A stretch of 64,000 bases of DNA from Pseudobdellovibrionaceae bacterium. Lineage in GTDB: Bacteria > Bdellovibrionota > Bdellovibrionia > Bdellovibrionales > UBA1609. The notes under the pieces were generated by a model. That model had not been told where the DNA came from and made no database searches. It saw nothing but the letters and a program-made list of their open reading frames with translations. The stretch lies in assembly GCA_015163855.1 (NCBI GenBank), contig JAAOIK010000007.1:28824-92823 (forward strand), in the 5' to 3' direction. A program made the translations under genes and the position numbers. How positions within the stretch are numbered: position 1 is the first letter of the stretch; the number at the start of each line of letters is the position of its first letter. Below are positions 8,552 to 19,397 of this stretch, piece after piece.

Positions 8552-10087
8552 CTAAATAACTGGTCCACCTTTTTTAACCACTTCATCAGAAATAACCGCT
8601 GCGCCTAAGTTTTGGATATTTTCCATAAACTTTACAGCCAATTCTTTAACGACTTTTCCTTCTGGAATTTGCAAATAATCTGCATCTAGCCCTGGGCATT
8701 GTGTGGGAACATCAAAACCAAAAATAGCATGTTGCTTCATGGGTACATTATTTAAAGAACCGTCTTGAATAGCTTTTAATAAAGTTCTACTAACGGAAAT
8801 AGGAAATCTTTTCCCTTTAGCATAACCACCCTGCCAACCCGTATTTACTAGCCACACAGGGACATCATATTTTTTACTTAATTTGGTTAAAAGCTCAGCA
8901 TAAACTTTTGCAGCCCTTGGCATAAATGGTGCCCCAAAACAAGAACTAAAAGTTGCCTCTGGTTCAGTAACCCCTATTTCTGTACCTGCAACCTTGGCAG
9001 TATAACCCGAGATAAAATGGTACTGTGCCTGCCATTGGTTAAGTCTTGCCACTGCAGGTAAGGCGCCAAAGGCATCTGCAGTTAAAAAAATAATACTTTT
9101 AGGATGGCTAGACTCTATATTCTGCCGAAATACTTTATCTAATGCTTCTAAACTATAAGAACCTCTAGTGTTTTCGGTGTACACATTGCTGAAAAAATCA
9201 ATAACTTTATCTTCATTATAATAAACATTCTCTAAAATAGAGCCTTCTTTATGAACGGCTTTGTAAATTTCTGGCTCTTTACTTTCTTCTAAATTAATTA
9301 ATTTAGCGTAACAGCCTCCTTCCATATTCGACAGCCCTTCGTGAGACCATACAATTTCATCATCACCAATTAAATATCTATCAGGGTCTGCTGACAAAGT
9401 GGTTTTTCCCGTTCCCGATAAACCAAATAAAATACAAGCTTCTTTGCCGTCTTGATTACAGTTAGCCGAGGCATGCATAGGAAATATTTTATCTTCTGGA
9501 AATTTATAATTACAAACAGAAAAGGCCGCTTTTTTAATTTCTCCAGCATAACCCGTTCCCACAATAGCCACTTGCCCTTTTGTAGGATCTAAAACCACAC
9601 CTCTTTCTTCAAAGGGAAAAGTAATGTCTTTGTTTAATTCTGCTCGAATATCTTTTACCGACACCTCTGGTGCGTGCCAAATTTGTATTTTAAAATCTTT
9701 ACTAATTTGTCCTCGTAAAGATTCCACTGCATGGCTACGAAACATATTATAAGCAAAAGCCACATGCCAAGGGGAGGTGGAGTACACCTCCACAGGAAAA
9801 CAACCTACAAAGGCTTTTAGTGAATAATTTTTTTTTGATAATACATATTTTTTTACAGAATCAATAAAATTTGTTCCCGTTTTAGTATCTAAAGCTTTGT
9901 TAACTGTTCCCCAAAAAAAATTATCTTTAGTATCCGAATGTTCCACTAAAAACCGCTCTTTAGTAGACCTGCCTGTGCACTTTCCCGTTTTTACCAAAAA
10001 AGATCCTTGAGGCCCTTCTTCGCCTAAAGAATTCAAGATACTTTGCTTAATTAATTCTTTTTGCATTTTTAATGTGGCGCTATCCAT
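8552..10087 (-). CDS. pckA: Phosphoenolpyruvate carboxykinase (ATP)
   Basis: Kinase-1a loop GLSGTGKTTLS, LIGDDE and EGGCYAK motifs. Confidence 0.95.
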   Translation of the reverse strand: MDSATLKMQKELIKQSILNSLGEEGPQGSFLVKTGKCTGRSTKERFLVEHSDTKDNFFWGTVNKALDTKTGTNFIDSVKKYVLSKKNYSLKAFVGCFPVEVYSTSPWHVAFAYNMFRSHAVESLRGQISKDFKIQIWHAPEVSVKDIRAELNKDITFPFEERGVVLDPTKGQVAIVGTGYAGEIKKAAFSVCNYKFPEDKIFPMHASANCNQDGKEACILFGLSGTGKTTLSADPDRYLIGDDEIVWSHEGLSNMEGGCYAKLINLEESKEPEIYKAVHKEGSILENVYYNEDKVIDFFSNVYTENTRGSYSLEALDKVFRQNIESSHPKSIIFLTADAFGALPAVARLNQWQAQYHFISGYTAKVAGTEIGVTEPEATFSSCFGAPFMPRAAKVYAELLTKLSKKYDVPVWLVNTGWQGGYAKGKRFPISVSRTLLKAIQDGSLNNVPMKQHAIFGFDVPTQCPGLDADYLQIPEGKVVKELAVKFMENIQNLGAAVISDEVVKKGGPVI

Positions 10088-10185
10088 AGTCTCTCCAAAT
10101 TAATATTTTTTACTTATAACTTGTACAGCTTATACTCCAAAAATTATACCTGTCCAGAGGTTTAAATGCATGTTATTTTCATAAA

Positions 10186-10980
10186 ATGATTGAAGAAAAT
10201 ACATTTTTAAACTTCTCAGTTTTCACTATCCCCGTATTAAAAGATAATTATGTTTTTGTAATAAAAGCACATAAAACTACAGAAAATCTTACAGATACTT
10301 GGGTAATAGACCCCGCCCTAGCTAAACCCGTTATTGAGTTTCTACAAACTAAGAAGTGGTCATTAAATGCTATTGTTAATACTCATCATCATGAGGATCA
10401 TACGGGAGGTAACTTAGAGCTAAAAACCCATTATAATGCCTCCATACTAGCCCCTCAAAATGACCCCATTGTAGCCGATCAAAAATTATCACAAAATAGT
10501 AATCTGCATTTTGCAAAAGAACCCGTGCAGATTATAGAAGTTCCTGGACACACCTTAGGACATATTGTGTATTATTTTGCAGAATCGAAAGTGGCCTTTG
10601 TGGGAGATTGTTTATTCTCTTTAGGTTGTGGAAGACTATTTGAAGGTAGCCCAAAACAAATGTTAAGTGCCTTAAATAAAATTGCACAACTTCCTGATGA
10701 TACAAGCATTTTTTGTGCTCATGAATACAGTTTAGCCAATGCTAAATTTGCGCTGCAGGCTGACCCCGAAAACTTGGCCTTACAAAAAAAAATCACGCAA
10801 ATACAAAATTTACGCAAGCAAAATAAATTTACCATTCCCTTTAATCTTGGTTTAGAAAAACAATGTAACCCTTTTTTAAGAAGTGACTCTGTTGCTATTA
10901 AAAAATATTTACATTTACCAAACTCCTGCTCCACAGAGGAAAGCTTTGCAAAGCTGAGAAAATTAAAAGATACTTTTTAG
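10186..10980 (+). CDS. gloB: Hydroxyacylglutathione hydrolase (glyoxalase II, metallo-beta-lactamase fold)
   Basis: THHHEDHTGG metal motif and VPGHTLGH. Length about 260 aa. Confidence 0.85.
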   Translation: MIEENTFLNFSVFTIPVLKDNYVFVIKAHKTTENLTDTWVIDPALAKPVIEFLQTKKWSLNAIVNTHHHEDHTGGNLELKTHYNASILAPQNDPIVADQKLSQNSNLHFAKEPVQIIEVPGHTLGHIVYYFAESKVAFVGDCLFSLGCGRLFEGSPKQMLSALNKIAQLPDDTSIFCAHEYSLANAKFALQADPENLALQKKITQIQNLRKQNKFTIPFNLGLEKQCNPFLRSDSVAIKKYLHLPNSCSTEESFAKLRKLKDTF

Positions 10981-11004
10981 TAGTAAGTGCATGGTTTTAA
11001 CCAT

Positions 11005-12105
11005 CTAATTATTTAAAAAATCTAAGTTGAAAGCTTCATTAATGTCAAAAAAACTTGGCAAATCTAAAGATCCTGTATTTGATGAGGCCCCACCATTACG
11101 CTCAATGGAACCATTGGCCCCATCCTCAATAATGTATCTTCCGTTTCCAGATACCGCAGAATTAATACAAGTTTCCTCTCTTAAAGGACATTGATCATAT
11201 TTTAGATTAACTGTTTTACGACCACTGCTTTCACCGACTACACTTCCAGAAATAGTAATCACTTTTAAATTATCAGACTGAGCTCCAGTCTTTATATTAG
11301 TAACCCATTGAGGCCTAATTAAGCGAGCAGTTAACTCTGCACGATTTTCTCTTAATTTACCAACAACAGTTACTGTGTATCTTTTTTCCCCTTGAGGATT
11401 GCTTCCTGTTTTATAGCTAGTAATATCAATAGAGTCGGCATTAATAATTGCGTTAATGGCTTCTTTATGAGTGGATCCATCACTATTGATTTGTATAAAA
11501 ACCGTTCTAACAATCATTCTATTGGTTTCTTGTTTCCAGCCAACAAAAGTCTTGATATCTTCATTAGCACTCGCGTGAATCCATGATTTCTTTTCCTCTG
11601 TATCATCCTTTAATTTTAAAGGCAGACTACTATAAACTTTATATTTTATTTCTAGTGCTTTTACCCATAAATTTTGCCAAAGGCCATAAAAAACAAGCCC
11701 TGCACTTGCGCGCTTTTCTTCACTTATCCCCAACTGTAATAAAGTATTATAATTAATGCCGTTATGATTTTTAGACTGAAAAGTTTGCAGAGCTGCATAG
11801 TGTTCTTTTCTAAACTGAGTGGCTACAGAACTGGAAAAATTACCTTGATTAGGTTTAGTAATGCCTCGAAAAAAGTTAGAAACTAAAGGAGTAACTGCCG
11901 CATAGACAGGTTCAATGAGTAAGTTTTTCCAAGAAAAGGTTTTTTCTATTTTTTGAGGATGATAGCCAATATCTCGATTATTTTTTAAATTGTTAGGGTT
12001 CCCTAAAGATAAACTAACTGCAGAAAGCACAATACCACTTCCCCTGCCAGAAGAACCACAAGAGCTTAAAAATATACAAAGTGCCATTAACCCTAATATT
12101 TTCAC
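11005..12105 (-). CDS. Hypothetical lipoprotein
   Basis: Signal peptide with lipobox (CIFLSSC GSS). No recognised domain. Confidence 0.55.
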   Translation of the reverse strand: MKILGLMALCIFLSSCGSSGRGSGIVLSAVSLSLGNPNNLKNNRDIGYHPQKIEKTFSWKNLLIEPVYAAVTPLVSNFFRGITKPNQGNFSSSVATQFRKEHYAALQTFQSKNHNGINYNTLLQLGISEEKRASAGLVFYGLWQNLWVKALEIKYKVYSSLPLKLKDDTEEKKSWIHASANEDIKTFVGWKQETNRMIVRTVFIQINSDGSTHKEAINAIINADSIDITSYKTGSNPQGEKRYTVTVVGKLRENRAELTARLIRPQWVTNIKTGAQSDNLKVITISGSVVGESSGRKTVNLKYDQCPLREETCINSAVSGNGRYIIEDGANGSIERNGGASSNTGSLDLPSFFDINEAFNLDFLNN

Positions 12106-12304
12106 TTCCCTCTCCTTTTTTATACAAAAGTATTTACTGCAAAACTATTATAAACTATTCGTCATACAGCGAAAATTTCTTAAATCCCTGTTATTTCTTG
12201 TAAATCTTAAAAAATCCACAAGAAATAGATAAAAAGAGCCTTGTCATTACTACTCTTTTATACTAAAAAATAAGATAGATATTGGTACTTTAACAGGAGT
12301 GGCT

Positions 12305-12487
12305 ATGGCTAAGAAGAAGGGTAAAGTTAGAATTATTACATTAGAATGTACAGAAGCTCGTAAATTAGGAGAAACTCCCTCGCGATATACCTCTACTAAA
12401 AATGTACAAAATCATCCAGAAAGAATAGAACTTAAAAAATACAATCCTTTTATGAAAAAACATACCCTTCATAAAGAGATAAAATAA
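12305..12487 (+). CDS. rpmG: 50S ribosomal protein L33
   Basis: [11 protein letters not shown]...YTSTKN...[11 protein letters not shown]...KHTLHKEIK matches the L33 pattern. AGGAG lies 5 nt upstream of ATG 12305, so I prefer that over the GTG at 12299. Confidence 0.9.
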   Translation: MAKKKGKVRIITLECTEARKLGETPSRYTSTKNVQNHPERIELKKYNPFMKKHTLHKEIK

Positions 12488-13377
12488 AAGTTCTACTAAG
12501 CCTCTCTTACGATGGTAGCCTTTTTAAAGGTTGGCAAAAGCAATTGCAAGAAGCTTCTGTGCAAGAAACTTTAGAAAAGCTTTTATCTAATTTATTTAAA
12601 GAAAGCATTTCCCTACAAAGCTCTGGACGAACCGATGCAGGGGTGCATGCCTTTAACCAAATTGCCCATTTTTCATTACCAAAAATGATTTCTCTTTCTT
12701 GTGATTTTCCAGATTTATCGAAATTTCAAAAAGTAGAAAATACCAATGCTTTTAAAATTTTGTTAAACTTACTAAAAGTTGCCAAAAAAAAATGCCCTAA
12801 AAATATTCAAATTAAAAAGGCTTTTTTAGTCGATGATGATTTTCATGCACTACGGTCTGCTGTGGATAAAACTTATACTTATTTTATTAGTTCTGAAACC
12901 ACCCCCTTTAACTCGTCGCAAATTTATAATATTGGCGTAGAAAGTTTTACCTATTTAAAAAAAAATATACATATCCTTCAACAATTAGCCGCGACTTTAA
13001 TAGGCGAAAAGGATTTTAAAAGCTTTCAAAACACAGGCACACCCGTAAAAAACACGGTTCGAAACATTTTTGAAAGCTCGTGGCAAATACAGAAAACAAC
13101 ACCCCCTCAAATAGCACCCATTTCTCTTTTAGGAGCTCCTGCTGAGTATCTGGAATTTAATATCACTGGAAATGGATTTTTAAAACAAATGGTACGCAAT
13201 ATTGTAGGCTGCCAACTCTACTTGATACAGAAAAAATCAGAGCCCCTAAAGCACTTGCAAAGCATTATTGAACAAGCAAGTACGCAAAAAATCTTTGCCC
13301 CTGCCCCTCCTCAAGGCCTATATTTACGCAAAATTAACTACCCTGCATCCCTTGACAAATTCCCCTTAAAAATTTAG
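12484..13377 (+). CDS. truA: tRNA pseudouridine(38-40) synthase TruA (start codon uncertain, see findings)
   Basis: Catalytic motif GRTDAGVHA. The conserved N-terminal strand [19 protein letters not shown] is encoded upstream of the first canonical start (TTG 12544). The frame opens at 12475. Confidence 0.8.
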   Translation: MKVLLSLSYDGSLFKGWQKQLQEASVQETLEKLLSNLFKESISLQSSGRTDAGVHAFNQIAHFSLPKMISLSCDFPDLSKFQKVENTNAFKILLNLLKVAKKKCPKNIQIKKAFLVDDDFHALRSAVDKTYTYFISSETTPFNSSQIYNIGVESFTYLKKNIHILQQLAATLIGEKDFKSFQNTGTPVKNTVRNIFESSWQIQKTTPPQIAPISLLGAPAEYLEFNITGNGFLKQMVRNIVGCQLYLIQKKSEPLKHLQSIIEQASTQKIFAPAPPQGLYLRKINYPASLDKFPLKI

Positions 13378-13429
13378 TATTCTTGCGATTAGTAAGACTC
13401 ATATTTAGATACAGAGCCAAGGAAGAGAA

Positions 13430-13861
13430 ATGCACAAAACATGGATGGCCAAAAAAGAAACTACGCAAAGGGAGTGGCGACTAATAGACGCTACCGATCA
13501 AACACTGGGCCGTTTAGCTACCACAGTGGCTAATATTTTGCGTGGAAAAAACAAAGCAGAATATACACCTCATGTAGATGTGGGTGATTTTGTGGTAATT
13601 ATTAATAGTGATAAAATTAGAATGTCTGGTAGAAAATTAGAGCAGAAAAAATACTATCACCACACTGGTTTTTTTGGCGGAATTAAAGAAAAAACAATGA
13701 AAAATATTATGGAAGAAGATTCTACAAAAATTATTATTTCTGCAGTTAAAGGAATGCTTCCTAATAATCGCCTTAATAGTTTAGTGTTAAAAAAATTAAA
13801 TGTTTATAAAGATGACAAACATCCGCATGAGGCACAAAAAGTAACGATTGTTACTTTATAA
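13430..13861 (+). CDS. rplM: 50S ribosomal protein L13
   Basis: REWRLIDATDQTLGRLAT...LRGK pattern. Canonical rplM-rpsI pair. Confidence 0.95.
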   Translation: MHKTWMAKKETTQREWRLIDATDQTLGRLATTVANILRGKNKAEYTPHVDVGDFVVIINSDKIRMSGRKLEQKKYYHHTGFFGGIKEKTMKNIMEEDSTKIIISAVKGMLPNNRLNSLVLKKLNVYKDDKHPHEAQKVTIVTL

Positions 13862-13876
13862 TAGGAGAAATTAATA

Positions 13877-14278
13877 ATGGCAAAATCCACAACACCTGTT
13901 TATTATGCTGGCGGAAGTCGTAAAACTAGTCATGCTCGTATTTTTTTAAAAGCGGGAACAGGAAAAATTACTGTTAACAAAAAATCTCCAGAAGATTACT
14001 TTAAATCTAAAATTTATTTTAATGCTTTATTTTCTCCTTTTCAGGTTACTAAAACAGAAAGCCAGTGGGATGCTTATATCACGGTAAAAGGTGGCGGAAG
14101 TACTGGTCAATTAGAAGCCATTCGTCACGGAATTTCTAGAGCTTTAGTAATTGCAGAAGAGTCTTACAAAGCCAGTTTAAAATCGGCAGGGTTTTTAACT
14201 CGTGACTCCAGAATGGTTGAGCGTAAAAAATACGGACTACATAAAGCCCGTAAGAGCACTCAGTTCTCTAAACGCTAA
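13877..14278 (+). CDS. rpsI: 30S ribosomal protein S9
   Basis: C-terminal ...RKKYGLHKARKSTQFSKR. Position after rplM. Confidence 0.95.
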   Translation: MAKSTTPVYYAGGSRKTSHARIFLKAGTGKITVNKKSPEDYFKSKIYFNALFSPFQVTKTESQWDAYITVKGGGSTGQLEAIRHGISRALVIAEESYKASLKSAGFLTRDSRMVERKKYGLHKARKSTQFSKR

Positions 14279-14332
14279 TTCTTATTACTTTATAGTTATT
14301 ACTTTTTTTGACTAAAATTCAAAGTTAAAAAG

Positions 14333-16141
14333 TTATTTTTTAAATCGCTTTCTTTCGTTTTCTGTTAACAGTTTTTTACGAATGCGAATGGAGGTGGGTG
14401 TTACCTCTACTAATTCATCATCATTAACAAATTCTACAGCTTGTTCTAAACTAAATTTTATAGGTGGAGTTAAAATAGTATTTTCATCTGTTCCTGCAGA
14501 GCGCATATTTGTTAACTGTTTTCCTTTCATGGGGTTAACCACTAAATCATTATCACGAGCATGAATACCAATGATCATACCTTCGTAAACTTGCGTAGCA
14601 TGATCAATTAATAACTTACCTCGGTTTTGTAAATTAAATAACATATAGGCTAAGGCTTTTCCTTGGCCCATAGAAATTAATACACCATTTAATCTTTGTC
14701 CCACATTATTTTTTTTCATTTCACCATAATGAGAAAACAGGCTGTATATTAAACCAGAGCCTTGAGTTAAAGTTAAAAAGTCTGTACGAAATCCAATTAA
14801 CCCTCGCGCAGGCATTAAATATTCTAGTCGAATACGCCCTTTTCCATCGGGAGACATATTTTTTAATTCCCCTCCCCGTTCTCCTAATTTTTCAATAACA
14901 GAACCTTGGTGTTGCTCTTCAATATCTACGGTGACATCTTCATAGGGCTCTAAGGTTTTATCTCCCTCTTTTTTTAAAATAACCTCGGGGCGAGAAACAC
15001 CTAGCTCAAAACCTTCTCTTCTCATGGTTTCAATTAAAATACCCAAATGAAGCTCACCACGACCAGACACTCTAAATTTATTAGGGTCTTCAGTAGTTTC
15101 TACTCTTAATGCCACATTATGAATTAACTCTTTATCAAGCCTTTCACTAATTTGACGGCTAGTTAAAAGCTTTCCCTCTTGCCCAGCAAAAGGAGATGTA
15201 TTGACCTGAAAGGTCATGCTTACTGTGGGTTCATCCACAGATAAAGCCGGTAAAGCCTCTACCTGATTAGGGTCACATAAAGTATCTGATATACTTAAGG
15301 TTTCAACACCACTAAAGGTAATAATATCTCCAGCAGTAGCCTCTGTGGCTTCTATTTTTTCTAAACCCATAAAGCCCATAATTTTTAAAATACGACCACT
15401 TCTTGTTTTTCCTTCTTTATCTATAATTGTAACAGGTGTATTTATTTTAATTTTTCCTCTAGCAACCCTGCCAATACCAATAACACCAACATAGCTACTA
15501 TAATCTAAGGCACTTACTTGTAACTGAAAGGGGCCATTGACATCTACCTTTGGTGCAGAAACATTTTCAACAATAGCTTTAAACAATGGTTGCATGTCAC
15601 CACTAGAAACTCCCTCCTCTAAACTAGAAAAACCATTTAAAGCAGAAGCATATACTATGGGAAAGTCTAATTGTTCATCTGTGGCTTCTAGATTAGAAAA
15701 TAAATCAAAGGTTTGATCTACCACCCAAGCCGGTCGCGCACTAGGCCTGTCTACTTTATTAATAACCACAATAGGTTTTAAACCTAAGGCTAAGGCTTTT
15801 TTAGTAACAAAGCGTGTTTGGGGCATTGGGCCATCAACAGCATCTACTAAAAGTAAAACCGAGTCTACCATGGACAAAACCCTTTCCACTTCGCCTCCAA
15901 AATCGGCATGGCCCGGAGTATCTACAATATTAATATGGTAATCTTTCCATTTAATAGCTGTGTTTTTTGCTAAAATAGTAATGCCTCTTTCTTTTTCTAA
16001 GTCATTAGAGTCCATAAGCCGTTCATTAGAAGGGCCTCGGTCGCCCAAAGTTCCTGACTGTTGTAAAAGTTTATCTACTAAAGTGGTTTTTCCATGGTCC
16101 ACATGGGCAATAATGGCTATGTTTCTTAATTTTTCTATCAT
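14333..16141 (-). CDS. typA: Translational GTPase TypA/BipA
   Basis: [12 protein letters not shown] and DTPGHADF G-motifs. About 600 aa with EF-G-like architecture. Confidence 0.95.
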   Translation of the reverse strand: MIEKLRNIAIIAHVDHGKTTLVDKLLQQSGTLGDRGPSNERLMDSNDLEKERGITILAKNTAIKWKDYHINIVDTPGHADFGGEVERVLSMVDSVLLLVDAVDGPMPQTRFVTKKALALGLKPIVVINKVDRPSARPAWVVDQTFDLFSNLEATDEQLDFPIVYASALNGFSSLEEGVSSGDMQPLFKAIVENVSAPKVDVNGPFQLQVSALDYSSYVGVIGIGRVARGKIKINTPVTIIDKEGKTRSGRILKIMGFMGLEKIEATEATAGDIITFSGVETLSISDTLCDPNQVEALPALSVDEPTVSMTFQVNTSPFAGQEGKLLTSRQISERLDKELIHNVALRVETTEDPNKFRVSGRGELHLGILIETMRREGFELGVSRPEVILKKEGDKTLEPYEDVTVDIEEQHQGSVIEKLGERGGELKNMSPDGKGRIRLEYLMPARGLIGFRTDFLTLTQGSGLIYSLFSHYGEMKKNNVGQRLNGVLISMGQGKALAYMLFNLQNRGKLLIDHATQVYEGMIIGIHARDNDLVVNPMKGKQLTNMRSAGTDENTILTPPIKFSLEQAVEFVNDDELVEVTPTSIRIRKKLLTENERKRFKK

Positions 16142-17736
16142 GAGGAGGTTTCCTTATTGGTTTTATTCTCTAAAACTTTTTTTATTACTTTTTCTGCTCT
16201 TTGTATTAAATTTTTGACAGAGATTAAAGGCACTAATTCTTTTAACTCTGCTCCATGAGGTTTGCCAATAACTGCTACTCGAATAGGCATAAATAAATGT
16301 TTACCTTTAACTTGGCAAGTTTCTTTTATTTGATTTTGTATACTAATAAATTCTTCTGTTGTTAAGCAAAAATGTTTTTGCTCTTCTGTCTCTTCTGTGG
16401 GGAGGTTACTGTCCTGTAACTGCTGCTTTAACTGTGCTACCCAAGCTTTTAATACGGTTTTAGTTTCTGGAAAGTTTAATACCTCTTGGCTCTCTTTTAA
16501 AATCTCTAGAGGGAAAAAAATTAATTTTAAAAGTTCCATTGCCTCTTTTAAAGTTTTAGCTGATGAACAAAAGCCTGTAATTTTTTCTCCTAAAGAGTCA
16601 GTAAAATACTCCTGCACACTGTTATCCTTTAGCAAGTTAGTAAAAAGTGCGTAGTCCAATAATCGCTCGCGTAGATTATCTAAACTCATGGCTTTCATAT
16701 ACTCCCCATTCATCCAAAGTAATTTTTTAGTGTCAAAAACGGCGGGTGCTGAGTTTAGGCGCTTTAAATCAAAAACTTTAGCAGCGTCTTTTAAAGTAAA
16801 AATTTCTTTAGCTTCAGGGTGAGACCAGCCTAGTAAACATAAAAAGTTTACCAAAGCTTCGGGTAAATAACCTTCTTTTAAATAGTCTTCCACCGAAGTG
16901 GCACCGTGCCTTTTGCTTAACTTTTTTTTATCTTCTCCTAAAATTAAAGACATGTGAGCAAACCGAGGAATAGTAAATTTTAAGGCTTCATAAATCATTA
17001 ACTGCCTTAAGGTGTTACTTAAATGCTCTTCGGCCCTAAGCACATGAGTAATCTTCATTAAAGCATCATCGACTACACAACAAAAATTATATACAGGCAT
17101 ACCATTGGAGCGTTGAATAACAAAATCTCCCACCATTTCAGAAGGAAGTGTAACTTTGCCTCGAACCAAATCTTCAATTATGTACTCGGGTTTTACTGAA
17201 CTAGTATTAAATCGAACGCTTGGTTTTTGTCCTTGCTGTATTTTTTCTTGTGATTGTGCAATTTTTATTTTTGCGTCTTCTAAATTTTTAGGCCTGTAAG
17301 GACTAATAATTTGCTGAGTACTTTTATTTTTTTTTGCTAAATCTTTTTGTATATCAATTTCTTCATCCGTTAAAAAACAATAGTATGCCAAACCCTTAGC
17401 TAATAAAATATTTACATATTCTTGATAAATATCTAGTCGATCACTTTGCCTGTAAGGGCCTAGATCTCCTTTTTCACTAAGCTTGTTATCATTAAAAAAT
17501 ACCCCTTCGTTAGAAATTATTCCAAGGTTTTTTAAATCCTGTAATTGAGATTTTAAAAAAACCTCACTGCTTCGTTCTTTATCGGTATCTTCTACTCGCA
17601 ATAAAAATTGAGCGTCTATACCCTTTTCCTTTTGAGATTTTGCAAATAAATAATTAAATAAAGCTGTTCTTGCCCCTCCCACATGTAAATGTCCTGTAGG
17701 ACTGGGTGCAAATCTTACCCGCACAGTATTACTCAT
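16138..17736 (-). CDS. gltX: Glutamate--tRNA ligase
   Basis: HVGGARTALFNY (HIGH) and KLSKR (KMSKS) motifs. Its stop overlaps the typA start by 4 nt. Confidence 0.95.
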   Translation of the reverse strand: MSNTVRVRFAPSPTGHLHVGGARTALFNYLFAKSQKEKGIDAQFLLRVEDTDKERSSEVFLKSQLQDLKNLGIISNEGVFFNDNKLSEKGDLGPYRQSDRLDIYQEYVNILLAKGLAYYCFLTDEEIDIQKDLAKKNKSTQQIISPYRPKNLEDAKIKIAQSQEKIQQGQKPSVRFNTSSVKPEYIIEDLVRGKVTLPSEMVGDFVIQRSNGMPVYNFCCVVDDALMKITHVLRAEEHLSNTLRQLMIYEALKFTIPRFAHMSLILGEDKKKLSKRHGATSVEDYLKEGYLPEALVNFLCLLGWSHPEAKEIFTLKDAAKVFDLKRLNSAPAVFDTKKLLWMNGEYMKAMSLDNLRERLLDYALFTNLLKDNSVQEYFTDSLGEKITGFCSSAKTLKEAMELLKLIFFPLEILKESQEVLNFPETKTVLKAWVAQLKQQLQDSNLPTEETEEQKHFCLTTEEFISIQNQIKETCQVKGKHLFMPIRVAVIGKPHGAELKELVPLISVKNLIQRAEKVIKKVLENKTNKETSS

Positions 17737-17737
17737 T

Positions 17738-19393
17738 TTAAGACTCGATTTCGTGTTTAATATAATATAATGGATTAATCATCAACTCTGCAATATGACG
17801 ATATTCTGACAAAATATCAAGATAAATATTGGTTAAATTAATGTTCAACTTTTCGCCCTCTTCTTTGCGACAATTATTAATATGCTCCACTCTAAAAGTG
17901 TATTCTGCCTGGCGAATAGCCTCTTTTCGCTTCTTTAACTCTTTTAAAATACTAAGCTCTTTAGAGTCAAAGTAGGTCATAGATAACACTACAATATCGG
18001 CTACCGCATTTTGTAATTTTACTAAATTTTTTTGATCTAGCTCTGAAAATTGAATATGTAATTTTTGCTTTTTAACCGCTAGTTTTACTAAATTTTTATC
18101 CACAGAATCAGCGGCACTTTCCACATCTGATGAAAAGGAAATAGCCTGTAGAATATTAATTTTTTCTATATCTGCTTCTCCTGCCTCTTCACTGTCTTTA
18201 CTAGATCTTTCTATTAAAGCCAATAAAAAGCGATTAATTTCTGCACACAACAGGTCGACATTGTTATCCCCTTCTTTAATTTTAAAAAATGCTTTTTTCT
18301 CCCCTGTATCAAATAAAAATAATGAACGACTCAACATACTTCCCATAATATCACCCATACGCAAAATTTCTCTTTTTGCCTGGGTAAAGGCTACGGCAGT
18401 ACTTAAATTTTTAATATCTTTAAAAGAAAAATATTTTACTCCAAATTTTCCTATACTTTTGGGTTTAGGAATTAAATATTCAATAATCGCTACAGCATAG
18501 TTTATAAATGGGTAAAAAATAATTACACTAATAGTATTAAAAAGCGTATGAAAGTGAGCAACACCTCTAATATTAGAAAAACTATCAGCGATTAAAGGTA
18601 AAATAAATGGCGTTAAAAAAAAGAAAAGCCCCACGCTAATGGTTTTAAATAAAAAATGCGCCCAAGCTACTCTTTTACCAATATAATTACCCGATACAGC
18701 AGATAAAATAGCCGTAGCTGTAGTTCCGATATTGGCTCCATACACCCAGTAAATGCAATGCTCTAAAGAAAAATAACCTGCCGACATTAAACTAATGGCG
18801 ATCCCAATAGTTACCACACTGCTTTGTACTACGGCAGTAAAAGCTGCAGCAATAAGCAATGTAAGAATAGGACTATCTATAAAAAAATGTAAAAATTTAA
18901 TAAACAACTCTGCATCTTTTAAGTGAGTACTTCCCAAACTAATAAGCTCTAACCCAAAAAACATTAAACCAAAACCAAAACAGATACGAAAAAATCTTTT
19001 CATTTTTTTCGTTTTTATAAAAAAATAAGAAAATAAATAAAAAACAGAAAATAGTGCTAAACCAAAATTAGAAATTTTAAAACTTAAAATTTGTACAATA
19101 AAAGTACTACCAATAGCCGAACCTAAAATAATTCCCATGACTTGAAATAAAGTTAAAACACTAGAGGAGCCTAAACTCACCAACATAGAAACCACTGCCG
19201 CAGAGCTTTGAATACTAAAGGCTAATAGTATTCCAAAAAATACTCCATAAATAGGCTTGTTAGACATTTTAGATAATAGCCTTTGTATTAAATCTCCTGA
19301 TATTTTTTGCAAATTTTGACTAATGGTTTTTAAACCATATAAAAAAAAGGCTAAACCTGCTAAAGTATAAATAAAAGCCGTGTGTGCTAGCAT
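17738..19393 (-). CDS. Na+/phosphate cotransporter family protein with C-terminal PhoU-like domain
   Basis: Polytopic N-terminal half with a duplicated Na/Pi-cotransporter-like pattern, followed by a soluble helical C-terminal half. Confidence 0.75.
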   Translation of the reverse strand: MLAHTAFIYTLAGLAFFLYGLKTISQNLQKISGDLIQRLLSKMSNKPIYGVFFGILLAFSIQSSAAVVSMLVSLGSSSVLTLFQVMGIILGSAIGSTFIVQILSFKISNFGLALFSVFYLFSYFFIKTKKMKRFFRICFGFGLMFFGLELISLGSTHLKDAELFIKFLHFFIDSPILTLLIAAAFTAVVQSSVVTIGIAISLMSAGYFSLEHCIYWVYGANIGTTATAILSAVSGNYIGKRVAWAHFLFKTISVGLFFFLTPFILPLIADSFSNIRGVAHFHTLFNTISVIIFYPFINYAVAIIEYLIPKPKSIGKFGVKYFSFKDIKNLSTAVAFTQAKREILRMGDIMGSMLSRSLFLFDTGEKKAFFKIKEGDNNVDLLCAEINRFLLALIERSSKDSEEAGEADIEKINILQAISFSSDVESAADSVDKNLVKLAVKKQKLHIQFSELDQKNLVKLQNAVADIVVLSMTYFDSKELSILKELKKRKEAIRQAEYTFRVEHINNCRKEEGEKLNINLTNIYLDILSEYRHIAELMINPLYYIKHEIES

Positions 19394-19397
19394 AGCA

